A DNA stretch of 59,839 bases, the filler included. It is 6 parts of 6 records of this genome, joined end to end, with 100 filler letters (N's around TTAATTAATTAA, not from the genome) between each part and the next. Parts side by side here need not be neighbours in the genome. Positions count along the whole stretch, not along the records: positions 1 to 6,021 come from SRR2962707_2115; positions 6,122 to 25,415 come from SRR2962707_2116; 4 more parts are not named here. One strand, given 5' to 3'. The notes beneath the pieces were generated by a model, which made no database searches, was not told where the DNA came from, and saw nothing but the letters and a program-made list of their open reading frames with translations. Position numbers and translations under genes: made by a program. Positions 1 to 10,491 of the stretch are shown here, one piece after another (position 1 is the first letter of the stretch; each line of letters begins with the position of its first letter).

Positions 1-20
1 AGGGAGGGAGGGAGGGAGGG
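1..20. repeat. (GGGA)n microsatellite at the window start
   Basis: agggagggagggagggaggg read directly. Confidence 0.9.
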
Positions 21-353
21 AGTGCGTGAGGGAGTGATGGGCGCTGCTTCGAGGCTCAACTAGCAAGCCACCTCAATGAAAGAAGGCAACAAGCAAAAGA
101 AACCAAAAACAACAACAACAACACAACAAAAGACAAAAAACCAAGCAGCAGTGACCCAAACAAAAGAGAGCCACCGACACTCACTCGCACGTGCATCACA
201 TAAGAAGAAGTCGCCATTTTTTTACACTCTGACTGACTGAGGCGACGCTGCTGCCCTTGGCCGGCCTACGGCGTTGAGACATGTACACAAAAGCATGATC
301 GTCTTTATATACCATCAGATCAGATAGATACATCATTAAAGAGAATTTCTCCG

Positions 354-1982
354 ATGATTGCTGACACCACTGCCGCTGTGCAACCGCCTCCTCCACGACG
401 CCTGATTCGATGCCACCGGTCGCCCGTTGTGCACAAACTGTCCGTTCCGGAAACCTCGGCTGAGTCTCCCGAGAGTCCTGCTGCATTGCTCAAGAACAGC
501 GTCTCACGTGCAATTCGCTCTATGCCAAAGATGAGGCATTCTGCGTCTGAACAGCGGGTGACTCGGCAACTGCCGACCAGAGTAGGATTTGTGAAAGCTG
601 CCGCAGCCATGGGCGCAGTACTCGCAGTCGCGCTTGTGGCTCACTTCGGGGTCTTCACTCAGGATGACTTTCACTTCTGGGACATGACACCTCGGCACGT
701 TGCGAGACCGCAGCAGTGGACTTCCTGGGAGGGAAAGGAGGAAGCTGCGGTGACTGAGTTTACTCTGTGCTGTTATCGCATGTTGTGCGCCAGCGTTGTA
801 TTTTGGACCGTTATTATTTGCATTACCGGCAGGGACCCGCTTGTTTTGCGAGTGTCTCACACAACAGAGGTGCGTTGCTCTATGGTGCTTCTGCTCCGCG
901 TTGCTTACCTACATCATTCGAGCTGGTCCATTGTCAACTTCATGAAAGACCCTGCTTTGACGATGTACTGGACCCACAATTTCACTCACTGGTGCCAACA
1001 CTCCTTTGTTGAGTCTCATGATGTGGTGTGCGCTGGTGTTCACGGTACATAGGTGAGCATTTTGGGTGTAAAGAGACTGTCGACTTTTTCGATGATTGCA
1101 TGGAGCTTGGAGGGTGTCTTCTTTCTATGCGCGTCACTTTGCCATTTCCGCTCCATTGCGCCATCATGGCTGGCGAAAGTCACGTGGGTTCTTTTCGAGG
1201 TGTGTCCGAGGATTGTGTGCAATAAATGCCGCTGACTGTTCCTCTTGAGGGAGTATCGTGCTGCGGAATGGAATACAGCGCAAGTGGGCGTCGGCAATTT
1301 GACATGTATTGACGAACTTTGCAACAGGTATGCTGCAGCTTCAGCCTCCTAGTATTCGTAGTTGTTCGCTGCGTGCTCATTCCTTACGCACGTCGAGCAC
1401 AGCTTACAGCGACTGTCGAGAAGATGAATTCGTGGATCCCATGGACAGTTCACAACGTCAATGTGGCAATGCTGGTCGTCGAGTGAGTCTATGTCTGCAT
1501 GTACGCTGATGTTTCAACTTGCCGCGGCATTGAAATGAATTGCAAAACAACTTCGCAGTGGCTCATCATACCGTGTATGTTTTGCGCGTGTACGCATCAT
1601 CCTAAAATTTTGTGGGCCAGATACGCTCTCAACACCTTATCATTTCAGCCATCGCACTGCGTCTTCGTAATGTACTTCTCAGCAGTGTACTGTGTGTTTT
1701 CGTGGCTATTTTTCTACTTCAATGGATATTTTTTCTATTTTTTCCTCGATTTCCGAAACCAGTATGGCTTCCTGGCGTACGCTGGCATTCCAGCAGTACT
1801 TTCGTGCGTGCACTTTGTATTATGCATGCTGCGCTACTAACAACTTCCAAAAGATTCACTGTAGCAAGTTTTGCTTCACCGCCTCAAAGTGTATTCACTC
1901 AGTAGAATCCGATGTTCCGGCGGGGCCCATGAAAAAGACCTTATCGAGAGTGAATATAAGATGCATGTACATTGTATTGTAA
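354..1982 (+). CDS. Multi-exon eukaryotic multi-pass membrane protein, FAR-17a/AIG1/rolling-stone-like
   Basis: Hydrophobic exons joined by GT-AG introns (donors gtgcgt ~870, gtgtgt ~1200, gtgagt ~1483, gtgcgt ~1804). Spliced peptide contains RLSTFSMIAWSL, WTVHNVN and YFFYFFLDF. Start and last exon are approximate. Confidence 0.5.
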
Positions 1983-2087
1983 CCTGAATTGGCCCGACCA
2001 AAAACCTTTCGCATCCATTTTTCGCAGAAACACACATCGACTGTTGATAGGGAAGGAACACAATAAAATTCAAAATAATAGATTTAC

Positions 2088-5000
2088 TCACTCATGAACA
2101 TACGTGTGCAAAAACCAACGCAGGCTGTCAGCCAGCACTAAGTGAGGTTTACTCCGTTCAGGAGCGCTGTCATCAAAGCCTGATTCCGCACGATCCAAGT
2201 CTGGGTCTTGGCCAACTACTTTCTTGAGAACTCGGAGGGCGCGCTGCGTCGGTGAACCAGAACCTCGACGTCTGACCTTTTCCAAGAGGTCCCGCCCTGG
2301 AGCAATCGAGAAAGAGAAGCCGCGGGCACCAACTCGGTCGGGGAGCAAAAAACCTTGTCGCTCGTGGGCTGCAAGGTGCAGCAAGCCCTTGTCGCTTCCC
2401 GTCAATGACGAAGATGTGGATGCCACTTCCTCTGAGTCAAGGGCTAAGAAAGCAATGTGATCAGCAAAAAGTTCGAAAGGAATAACATCTCCTGTAGCAG
2501 ATGACCTGCGTTGTTTGCCACCTACTGGCAAGCTGGACTGAGAAGCGTCAGTTGGCGAAGCGTCTGCATCGACAGGTCCGTGATCTTGGCCAACTGCCTG
2601 CTTAGAGACGCTGTCCCTGCTAGTTTCATCACCCACCCGCAGTGCTTTGTATGCCGCTTGAAGGGCCGCCCGGTGCTCCGCAACCCACGCCACACGACGG
2701 ACAGAATTGTCCCATTGTTCACTCGCACCAAATTCGGTCACCGAGATTAGTAGCGAGTAGCCCACTAGCCGTTGGGCTTCGAGAAAAGCAATATCCGCTG
2801 CGAGGCTCGTTGCAAGCGACCGATACGGAAGGCCGACGTTACACTGCACCTGCTCCATAACGAAGTCAAGGATGTCGCCCACTGGAGCAATGCGACTGCT
2901 ACTCGACCCACGACCTCGGTCGCGCTCCACCATTGGATGAGCAGGGGAACCAGCAATCTCATAGCGCCGGAGAAGTTCGACGGAGTTGTTGTCACCCCCA
3001 GCATCATGTAATTCACCACGAAAGCCCTTTGACTCGCCAAAGGAAGTGTCAGGTTGTCCTGCCCGTTCGCCTTGACCCTTTCTTAGGAGTGCTGCCCCGA
3101 CAGAAGCTGGGACGGAATGATCCACGGGGTTCTGGAAAACCACAAAAGTAAAGTCACGCAGAATCTCGTTGTTTGCCTCGCTATTGCTACTTCCAGTGGT
3201 GCCTTCGTCCGTCTGCCCCTCAGCAACTGCAGCGGGCACAGCAAGCACACGGAAGTGCCCAACGAGTCGGAACAATTGCGTCCCGCGATTGCGGCGAACA
3301 TGGTTGTAGTAAGGTTCGATAAATGCCATGAGCCTTGAGCGCTGGTTCTCGGTTAAAACCTAGGCCAAACCGCCCGAATGCCGGTGGACACAAGGGATGC
3401 AGTCAGCAACGGCACAGCGGGAAACGTGACGCCAGGGCCAATTTGCAATTGACTACGCGCATACCTGGCAGAAAAAACGCCCATCCATTGATGCAAAAGT
3501 ATGCCCTAAATCCCGGTGTGGGCTCGAACGACCCGCGAGACTGGCAAAATGCCCACTCAATGTTGCCTGAAGCACGCCGCGTAACCCTTGGCTCTGTAAA
3601 AAAGCCCGAGAACTAATTCCAAAAAGGGATCCTGCATCAACACCCAATGAAAAAGCACGAAGCAACGGCAGTCTGAGCTTCTCCAACTGCACGTAGAAAA
3701 ACAGACGCCTTCGCAGACAACATACGATCGTACGCACGGATGTTATGGTACACTTCTGGCAAAATCGCATGAATCTCGCGAACACGGGTCGGAGCTGATG
3801 CAGCAGCAATGCCTGGAGCAGAAGGTACAGAACCTTGCTTTGTGCTTCCGTTCTCCTTGCCACACACATCTTGGTGGGCTTCGATGGCCTCCATGGATGC
3901 CGGAATTGCAAAACCACAGCGCTTGCACTGCACCGTAAGTGGCGGCTCGTCTTCTCCAGCGCCCTGTGCCGTTCCTTTGGTTGGACTCGTGGTTGGGCTG
4001 ATGTGGATGGCATCTGGGGCAGAGGACCCCCCATTCTCAGCATCTGCTTCAAGTCCGCGATTCTTCAATCGCCGCCAGCTTTTGGAAGCAATTTCACCAA
4101 CACGTCGCGCCAGGCCTCCAGCGCGAGCCATCGCTTGTCCGACAGCAGAACGAACAGGCACGGTTTTTTTTGCACGTGGCTTGCCAACGGGCATGCGGAC
4201 AGCCTTGGCAAAGCGCCAAGATTGATCGGACAGCGGCATTTCGAATACCTGGTCCAGTGCAGGGCCACTGGCACCTGACGCGTCAAGCTGTGGAAGTGAT
4301 TTGTTTCGTTCGCAAAGATATCTAGGTAGACGCGCAGAGTGGTTCAGAATAGTTGGGAACACACAAAGCACAGCACGCACAACAGCCGCGATTTCGACAC
4401 GCAGCGCAAGGGACGTACTTAAGTGCCTCCACGACACCGAATTCGACAGCGGCGGCGAAAGACCACACATAGCCCCAACGTGTTTCTGGCAATTCCACCT
4501 TCAAGAGGCCCACAGAGACAAAGAGAATAATTATCAGACGTGGGGCTATTGATAGCAGTGACAATTTCAACACGCAGCGAAAGTCGCATGCAACTACACG
4601 TCCACACGGTGGAATCAGGGGTCTTGCCATCCAAACCCGACAGAACGAAGTCAGACAAAAACACACCAGTCGACCCTGTAGTTGAAGACATTTCGTCGGG
4701 AGCGGCCGTGGTTTGCTATTTGCATGGCCGATCGCCGCCACTGGCACTTGGGGGACACGCATTGCCCACGATCCATCTCGCCGCGGGGGATGAGCGACGA
4801 GATCCACGAATACGGACTTTGTCATTGGAGCTTCGCTTCGGTCTGGACAAGGTGGTGCCGGGTGAAGGACCACGGAAGACCAACTTTCGTTGGATGTGAT
4901 GTTTTCTTTCGCCACGACATCGTGTTCGTCTGGGGCAGGGTCAGCACAATCACTGTCAGACTCATCGCCTGAATGGCCCTCGGTTTTTTGCTCAGAAATT

Positions 5001-5794
5001 GCCCCCAAGGTTGCGTCGCCGTTGCTGCTGACAAAGCTCGCAGGTGAAGTGGCACGGGTGCTGTCTCGACGAGGCCGGCCTTGGCCAACACGTGAACCCA
5101 AAAGAGCTCGTACAATGCGCCCCACGTGCGCTTCATCAATATCAAAACGCGTGAGGTCGCACACAAGCTCACGGATGGATCGGATGATGTGGCGCGTGCG
5201 CAGGCGTCCTGAATGACCAAAATCCAAGAACTGGTACGCAAACTGCGCCTGACGTTGATGAATGCCCCCTTCACCGGCACTGAGGTGATTTGACGAGCCA
5301 CCGGGACTATCGGCAGATGTACCAGCAGTGGAACCACCTGAGCTCTCAGCGTTCACATCAACCGCGGGTGCGAACATGATCATGATCCATTCGTACAGCT
5401 GCTGTGCTGAAATGACGTCGTCGACCTCGACGTCGATGCTTTGGAAAAACGCGTCAATCACTCCGACCGACCGTAGGCCCAGCTCGTTGCAGACGAATTG
5501 AAAATTTTCCGGGCTGAATTTGTGGTGGGCCTTGCGGCGCCGCCTCACTGCGTCGTCCGAGTAGGCGTGGTCCGCAGCAGACGCTGTGGTCAGCGCTTCT
5601 TCTTCCGCAACCTTCGCCTTCAAGTACAGGCTGCCGACGTCCATGAGCAGGCCGACGTGGCCGGCAGCTTTCTCCGCGGCGACAAAGGCGGGGTCGAATA
5701 TGTTGGGCAACACTTCAGCCCTGATGCGGTCGTCACTGAAATCGCTCTTCGTCGCCGTCTCTGCAACAGAAGACGCGAAAGTGTGCATTGCCAT
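2088..5794 (-). CDS. Multi-exon eukaryotic protein: degenerate EF-hands, C2HC Zn-finger-like motif and PIP5K/PIPK-like core (probably inactive)
   Basis: Consecutive minus ORFs 4322-5815, 3637-4470, 3453-4052 and 2088-3329 linked by GT-AG introns. PIPK-like segments TFASMDGRFFCQ, FIEPYYNHVRRNRGTQLFRLVGHFRV, FVVFQNP, YEIAGS, DIAFLEAQRLVGYSLLI and LADSL. EF-like IDVEVDDVISAQQL and LDFGHSGRL; CKRC..H..C motif. Confidence 0.65.
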
Positions 5795-6021
5795 CCTCTC
5801 ACTCTTCTCTCTCACTCACTCACTCTCTCTCTTTCTCTCTCACTCACTCACTGTCTCTCTTTCTCTCTCTTATTCGCTCTGAAAGTGTGTGGCTTCACGA
5901 GGACGACAACGACGACGCAGTGGGGAGGAGAGGAGGGGGAGCCCTCAACAAGCGTGAAGTCTCTCGCGATGTGCGTGTTACTCCTTGAAGCCCGGAAAGA
6001 GACCACAGAGAGAGAGAGAGA
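5795..6021. repeat. CT/CTCA-rich and (AG)n simple repeats at the end of contig 1
   Basis: ctctctctcactcactcact tract at 5795-5871 and (ag)n at 6007-6021. Confidence 0.9.
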
Positions 6022-6121
6022 NNNNNNNNNNNNNNNNNNNNNNNNNNNNNNNNNNNNNNNNNNNNTTAATTAATTAANNNNNNNNNNNNNNNNNNNNNNN
6101 NNNNNNNNNNNNNNNNNNNNN
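6022..6121. other. Artificial contig spacer
   Basis: 44 N + TTAATTAATTAA (stops in all six frames) + 44 N. Confidence 0.98.
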
Positions 6122-6149
6122 CCTGACCTTTGGCGGCGTGAAAGGATAA
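6122..6149 (+). CDS. 3' end of a carbohydrate ABC permease (truncated by contig start)
   Basis: LTFGGVKG* is a typical MalG/UgpE-family C-terminus, directly before the sugar ABC ATPase. Confidence 0.7.
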
Positions 6150-6153
6150 GAAA

Positions 6154-7239
6154 ATGGCGAATGTCACCCTTCGCAATGTGGTGAAGAAATACGGCGTTCT
6201 TGAAGTCGTTCATTCCATCAACCTTGAAATCGCCGACAGCGAATTTGTCGTTCTGGTAGGGCCGTCGGGCTGTGGAAAGTCGACAACACTGCGTATGGTC
6301 GCCGGACTTGAGGCGATTTCTGGCGGCGAGGTACAGATTGGCGGGCGGGTGGTTAATGACCTTCCGCCGCGCGAACGCAACATCTCGATGGTGTTTCAGA
6401 ACTACGCGCTCTATCCGCATATGACGGTGCGTGAAAACCTTGGCTTTTCGCTTAAGGTTGCCAAACAGGCGCAGCCGGTAATCGACGATGCGGTCGATAA
6501 GGCCGCAGAAATACTGTCGTTGACGCCACTTCTGGATCGGAAGCCCGGTGCACTTTCTGGCGGGCAACGTCAACGTGTGGCGATGGGGCGCGCCATTGTC
6601 CGTCACCCGGAAGTCTTCCTGTTTGACGAGCCACTTTCAAACCTTGATGCGAAATTGCGCACCCAGATGCGGGTCGAGATCAAAAAACTGCATCAAAAGT
6701 TAAAATCGACCATCATTTACGTCACCCATGATCAGGTCGAGGCCATGACGCTTGCCGACCGTATTGTCATCATGCGCGACGGCCATATCGAACAGGTCGG
6801 AACTCCGCTTGAGGTGTTTGAAAATCCGTTAAACACCTTTGTTGCAACATTTATCGGCTCGCCGCCGATGAACCTTTTGGATGCGGTTGTCAAAGACGGG
6901 AAGCTCGGGTTTTCCGATGGTACCCTTATAGCCATACCGCCGGGCTATTCTCTGGCCGAAGGACAGGCTGTTACCTTTGGTGTGCGGGCTGATAACATCA
7001 TGCCGGTGGGCCACGCGCTTCCGCACGGTGAACATATGGCCGAGGTCGAGATGGAAGTTAACCTCACCGAGCCATTGGGCACGGAAACACTGCTTTTCTC
7101 GGTGCTTGCGGGCAAAGAAGTACAGGCCAAGATGTTCAACCCGCGCCCGGTCCAAACTGGCGAGCGTATGACGTTCCAGATCATGCTCGACAAATGTCAC
7201 CTGTTTGACGCCGAAACCGGCGCGGCACTGAAACGCTGA
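6154..7239 (+). CDS. Sugar ABC transporter ATP-binding protein (MalK/UgpC family)
   Basis: Walker A GPSGCGKS, LSGGQRQRVAMGR, DEPLSNLDAKLR, C-terminal TOBE-like region. Confidence 0.95.
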   Translation: MANVTLRNVVKKYGVLEVVHSINLEIADSEFVVLVGPSGCGKSTTLRMVAGLEAISGGEVQIGGRVVNDLPPRERNISMVFQNYALYPHMTVRENLGFSLKVAKQAQPVIDDAVDKAAEILSLTPLLDRKPGALSGGQRQRVAMGRAIVRHPEVFLFDEPLSNLDAKLRTQMRVEIKKLHQKLKSTIIYVTHDQVEAMTLADRIVIMRDGHIEQVGTPLEVFENPLNTFVATFIGSPPMNLLDAVVKDGKLGFSDGTLIAIPPGYSLAEGQAVTFGVRADNIMPVGHALPHGEHMAEVEMEVNLTEPLGTETLLFSVLAGKEVQAKMFNPRPVQTGERMTFQIMLDKCHLFDAETGAALKR

Positions 7240-7248
7240 GGTCATCTG

Positions 7249-8367
7249 ATGGCACGAATTACACGCGCAAACGCATTTCTCGTCGACCTTGAGCCAAAGG
7301 TCGTGCGCACCGATGCGATTCAGTCGTTCAAGTCGCAAGAAACGATCTTTGTCGTGCTCCATGACGCGGACGGTGCACAGGGCATGGGGTACAGCTACAC
7401 CATTGGGGATGGCGGTCCATCGGTTCTGGCACTGTTGCAAAAAACGTTACTGCCCCGCCTGATGGGACAGGACGCAGACCACATCGAAGCCGTCTGGCGA
7501 GATCTTTTGTTCTGTTCACATGCGACGGCGGTTGGGCCGATCATGTCGCTTGCGCTTGCGGCGATTGATACGGCCCTTTGGGACATGCGCGGTCACAAAA
7601 CCGGTCTTCCGCTTCATGTTCTGGCGGGCGGTGCGAAAAGCACGGTGCCGATGTATACGACCGAAGGCGGTTGGCTTCATTTGCCGCCCAAGGCACTGGT
7701 CGAAGACGCCAAGGCCGCAAAGGAAGACGGCTTTCGGGGATCAAAGGTCAAAATTGGAACACCAACTGTTTCCGGTGATGCCGCCCGGCTCGAAGCGGTG
7801 CGCAGTGCGCTTGGCGATGAGTACGAGATCATGACCGATGCCAATCAGTCGATGACCGCTGCCGAGGCAAAGCGTCGTGTGCCGATGCTTGAGCAGCTTA
7901 ACATCGCATGGTTCGAAGAACCGTTGCCGTCCGATGACATTGCCGGGCATGCCCGTTTACAGGCGCAATCGCGTGTGCCGATTGCGGTGGGCGAAAGCCT
8001 GTATAGCTTGGGGCAGTTTGCCGATTATGTCAGTGCCAATGCGTGCGAGATTGTGCAGGTCGATGTTGCCCGTGTCGGCGGTATTACGCCATGGCTTAAG
8101 GTCGCACACATGGCCGAGGCGCATAACATGTCGGTCTGTCCGCACTTTTTGATGGAACTGCATGTCAGTCTTGTCTGTGCCGTGCCCAATGCACCGTGGC
8201 TTGAATACATTCCCCAGCTTGAAGACATCGCGGCCCCGATGGCGCGTAAAGGTGGGATGGCACTTGCCCCTGACGCTCCGGGGCTTGGCATCGACTGGGA
8301 TCACGAAAAACTTGCTGCCCTAACTCTTGCGGGCAGCGCATTCGAAATAAAGGAGGGGCAGCAATGA
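7249..8367 (+). CDS. Mandelate racemase/muconate-lactonizing enzyme family acid-sugar dehydratase
   Basis: AIDTALWD, KVKIG (KxK), metal ligands TDANQ, WFEEP, GESLY, and CPH. Confidence 0.9.
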   Translation: MARITRANAFLVDLEPKVVRTDAIQSFKSQETIFVVLHDADGAQGMGYSYTIGDGGPSVLALLQKTLLPRLMGQDADHIEAVWRDLLFCSHATAVGPIMSLALAAIDTALWDMRGHKTGLPLHVLAGGAKSTVPMYTTEGGWLHLPPKALVEDAKAAKEDGFRGSKVKIGTPTVSGDAARLEAVRSALGDEYEIMTDANQSMTAAEAKRRVPMLEQLNIAWFEEPLPSDDIAGHARLQAQSRVPIAVGESLYSLGQFADYVSANACEIVQVDVARVGGITPWLKVAHMAEAHNMSVCPHFLMELHVSLVCAVPNAPWLEYIPQLEDIAAPMARKGGMALAPDAPGLGIDWDHEKLAALTLAGSAFEIKEGQQ

Positions 8368-8693
8368 CCCGCCACGGACAACTGATTGGCATTGGTGAGG
8401 ATGCCATCGCGGAATACAAGCGTCTTCATGCCGATGCATGGCCCGGCGTGCTTGCCAATATTTCCGCATGCAATATCCGCAATTATTCAATTTTCCTGAA
8501 AGAACCGGAAAACCTGCTGTTTGCCTATTTCGAATATGTCGGCACGGATTTCGATGCCGACATGGCAAAAATGGCGGCCGATCCCGAAACGCAGCGTTGG
8601 TGGTCTTTCTGTGAGCCACTACAGCGCCCCCTTGAAAGCCGTAATGAAGGCGAATGGTGGGCCGAGATGGAGGAGGTCTTTCATCATGACTGA
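8364..8693 (+). CDS. rhaM: L-rhamnose/L-fucose mutarotase (RhaM family)
   Basis: EYKRLHADAWP, IRNYSIF, WW..MEEVFH; ATGA overlap with the upstream gene. Confidence 0.85.
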   Translation: MTRHGQLIGIGEDAIAEYKRLHADAWPGVLANISACNIRNYSIFLKEPENLLFAYFEYVGTDFDADMAKMAADPETQRWWSFCEPLQRPLESRNEGEWWAEMEEVFHHD

Positions 8694-9741
8694 TTTACGC
8701 CAGACAATTGAAATGCCCAAAACACCGATGCCCGTCGTGATCTTTGGTGCGGGATCCATCGTGACCGATGCGCATCTTCCGGCTTATCGCGAACTGGGTA
8801 TCCCGGTTGCCGGGATATTTGATCCAGATACCGCCAAGGCGCAAAAAGTCGCATCGGGTGCAGGCACAAAGGCATTTAACACGGTCAAAGAGGCCGCAGG
8901 ACAAACCGGGGTTGTCTTTGATCTTGCCGTGCCGCCCGCGGCAATTGTCGGTGTGCTTGAAGCATTGCCGGATGGCGCCATTGCCCTGATCCAAAAACCG
9001 CTGGGGTCGGACTTGGCCGAAGCCGACCGGATTATCTCTGTTTTACGGCGCAAGAAAATCAAGGCGGCAGTTAACTTCCAGCTGCGTTTTGCACCCAACT
9101 CACTGGCGCTTAAAGATGCGGTCGCACAAGGGTTGCTTGGCGATATCGTTGATTTTGATGCCTGGCTTGCCCTTGATACGCCGTGGCATTTGTGGGAATT
9201 CCTTGCCAATTTGCCGCGCGTCGAAATTCTGTTGCATTCGATCCATTACCTTGATTTTGTCCGCGACCTTTTGGGCAACCCCAAAGGCATTCATGCGCGT
9301 ACCCTTGGCCACCCGTCATCAAGTATGTCAAACACGCGCAGTGCCATGATGCTTGATTACAGCGATCAGATCCGCTGCAACCTGTCGATCAATCACAACC
9401 ATGCTTTTGGCCGGAAATTTCAGGCCTGCGAGTTTCGAATTTGCGGCACCAAAGGGGCCGCTTATATGAAGCTTGGGGTCAATCTGGACTATCCCAAGGG
9501 CGAGCCGGACGAACTTTGGCTCAATACGGACGGCGAATGGCGGCAGATCGAACTGGTCGGTGACTGGTTCATCGCCGCATTCAAGGGGCGTTTCGCACAG
9601 CTTCAGCGGTTTGCATGTGGACTTGATGCGGAGCTTGAAGGTTCGGCCGAGGATGCATGGCATACGATGGCCTTGGTCGAAGCTGCCTATGAAAGCTCCG
9701 CCCAGCCGATGCATCCGATCAAGGAGACCCCGAATGCTTGA
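8686..9741 (+). CDS. Gfo/Idh/MocA family NAD(P)-dependent oxidoreductase
   Basis: GAGSIVTDAHLPAY, QKPLG, VNFQLRF, HSIHYLD; start moved to ATG 8686 after a GGAGG RBS. Confidence 0.9.
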   Translation: MTDLRQTIEMPKTPMPVVIFGAGSIVTDAHLPAYRELGIPVAGIFDPDTAKAQKVASGAGTKAFNTVKEAAGQTGVVFDLAVPPAAIVGVLEALPDGAIALIQKPLGSDLAEADRIISVLRRKKIKAAVNFQLRFAPNSLALKDAVAQGLLGDIVDFDAWLALDTPWHLWEFLANLPRVEILLHSIHYLDFVRDLLGNPKGIHARTLGHPSSSMSNTRSAMMLDYSDQIRCNLSINHNHAFGRKFQACEFRICGTKGAAYMKLGVNLDYPKGEPDELWLNTDGEWRQIELVGDWFIAAFKGRFAQLQRFACGLDAELEGSAEDAWHTMALVEAAYESSAQPMHPIKETPNA

Positions 9742-10180
9742 GCAGGTCACCTATTTTGAGGACTACGCAATCGGGGACTGCCGCGAAACCACGGGGCGTA
9801 CGATCACGGAAACTGATTTTGTGGTTCATGCCGGGCACTCAGGCGATTTCTTTCCCCATCATCTTGATGCCGAGTTTTGCAAGACGTTGCCGTTTGGTCA
9901 GCGGATTGCCCATGGCACCATGGTGTTCACCATCGGGGTTGGATTGACCGCAACTGTTATCAATCCGGTCGCATTCTCATACGGCTATGACCGTCTGCGT
10001 TTTGTCAAACCGGTGTTTATTGGCGACACGATCAAGTCGCGGGTCGAAATCACCGACAAGGAAGTCATGGAAAAGCGGCCCGGTTACGGGCGGGTGACCG
10101 AACGCCTGACGGTGACAAACCAAAAGAACGAAACCGCCCTTGTTGCTGATCATATCTATATGGTGGAGATGCGACCGTGA
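9734..10180 (+). CDS. MaoC-family (hot-dog fold) acyl-CoA dehydratase
   Basis: YFEDY, GRTITETD, GDFFPHH, RIAHG, LRFVKPVFIGDTI; ATG 9734 after AAGGAG. Confidence 0.9.
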   Translation: MLEQVTYFEDYAIGDCRETTGRTITETDFVVHAGHSGDFFPHHLDAEFCKTLPFGQRIAHGTMVFTIGVGLTATVINPVAFSYGYDRLRFVKPVFIGDTIKSRVEITDKEVMEKRPGYGRVTERLTVTNQKNETALVADHIYMVEMRP

Positions 10181-10491
10181 CAGGACCTTTCATTCTTTTA
10201 CATCCGAACGACAATGTGCTTGTCGCCCGAAAATTGGCACCAGAAGGGACCAACGTTGAACTTGCCAGCGGTACGATTACGCTGACACAGGCGATCCCGC
10301 TGGCCCACAAGATTGCTTGCCGTGACATTGCTGAGGGTGAACGTATCTTGAAATACGGCATGCCCATAGGCATTGCGACACACGCCATCGCGGCGGGTGC
10401 ACATGTTCATGTTCACAACATTCGTTCGGCCTATACACCAACCTATGCATTGCAGGATGCAAACGGGCAAAGCGCAGAGGTGTCATCATGA
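10177..10491 (+). CDS. SAF-domain small subunit of a split UxaA/GarD/SuyA-type dehydratase
   Basis: LHPNDNVLVA, IPLAHKIA, KYGMPIG, HVHVHN. Confidence 0.9.
   Translation: MTGPFILLHPNDNVLVARKLAPEGTNVELASGTITLTQAIPLAHKIACRDIAEGERILKYGMPIGIATHAIAAGAHVHVHNIRSAYTPTYALQDANGQSAEVSS

Noticed and set aside
6066-6077. TTAATTAATTAA recurring five times as a biological repeat or att site
   Set aside because: Always centred between 44-N runs; it is a six-frame-stop assembly linker
5498-6606. ORFs running into or across N spacers
   Set aside because: Artefacts of concatenation
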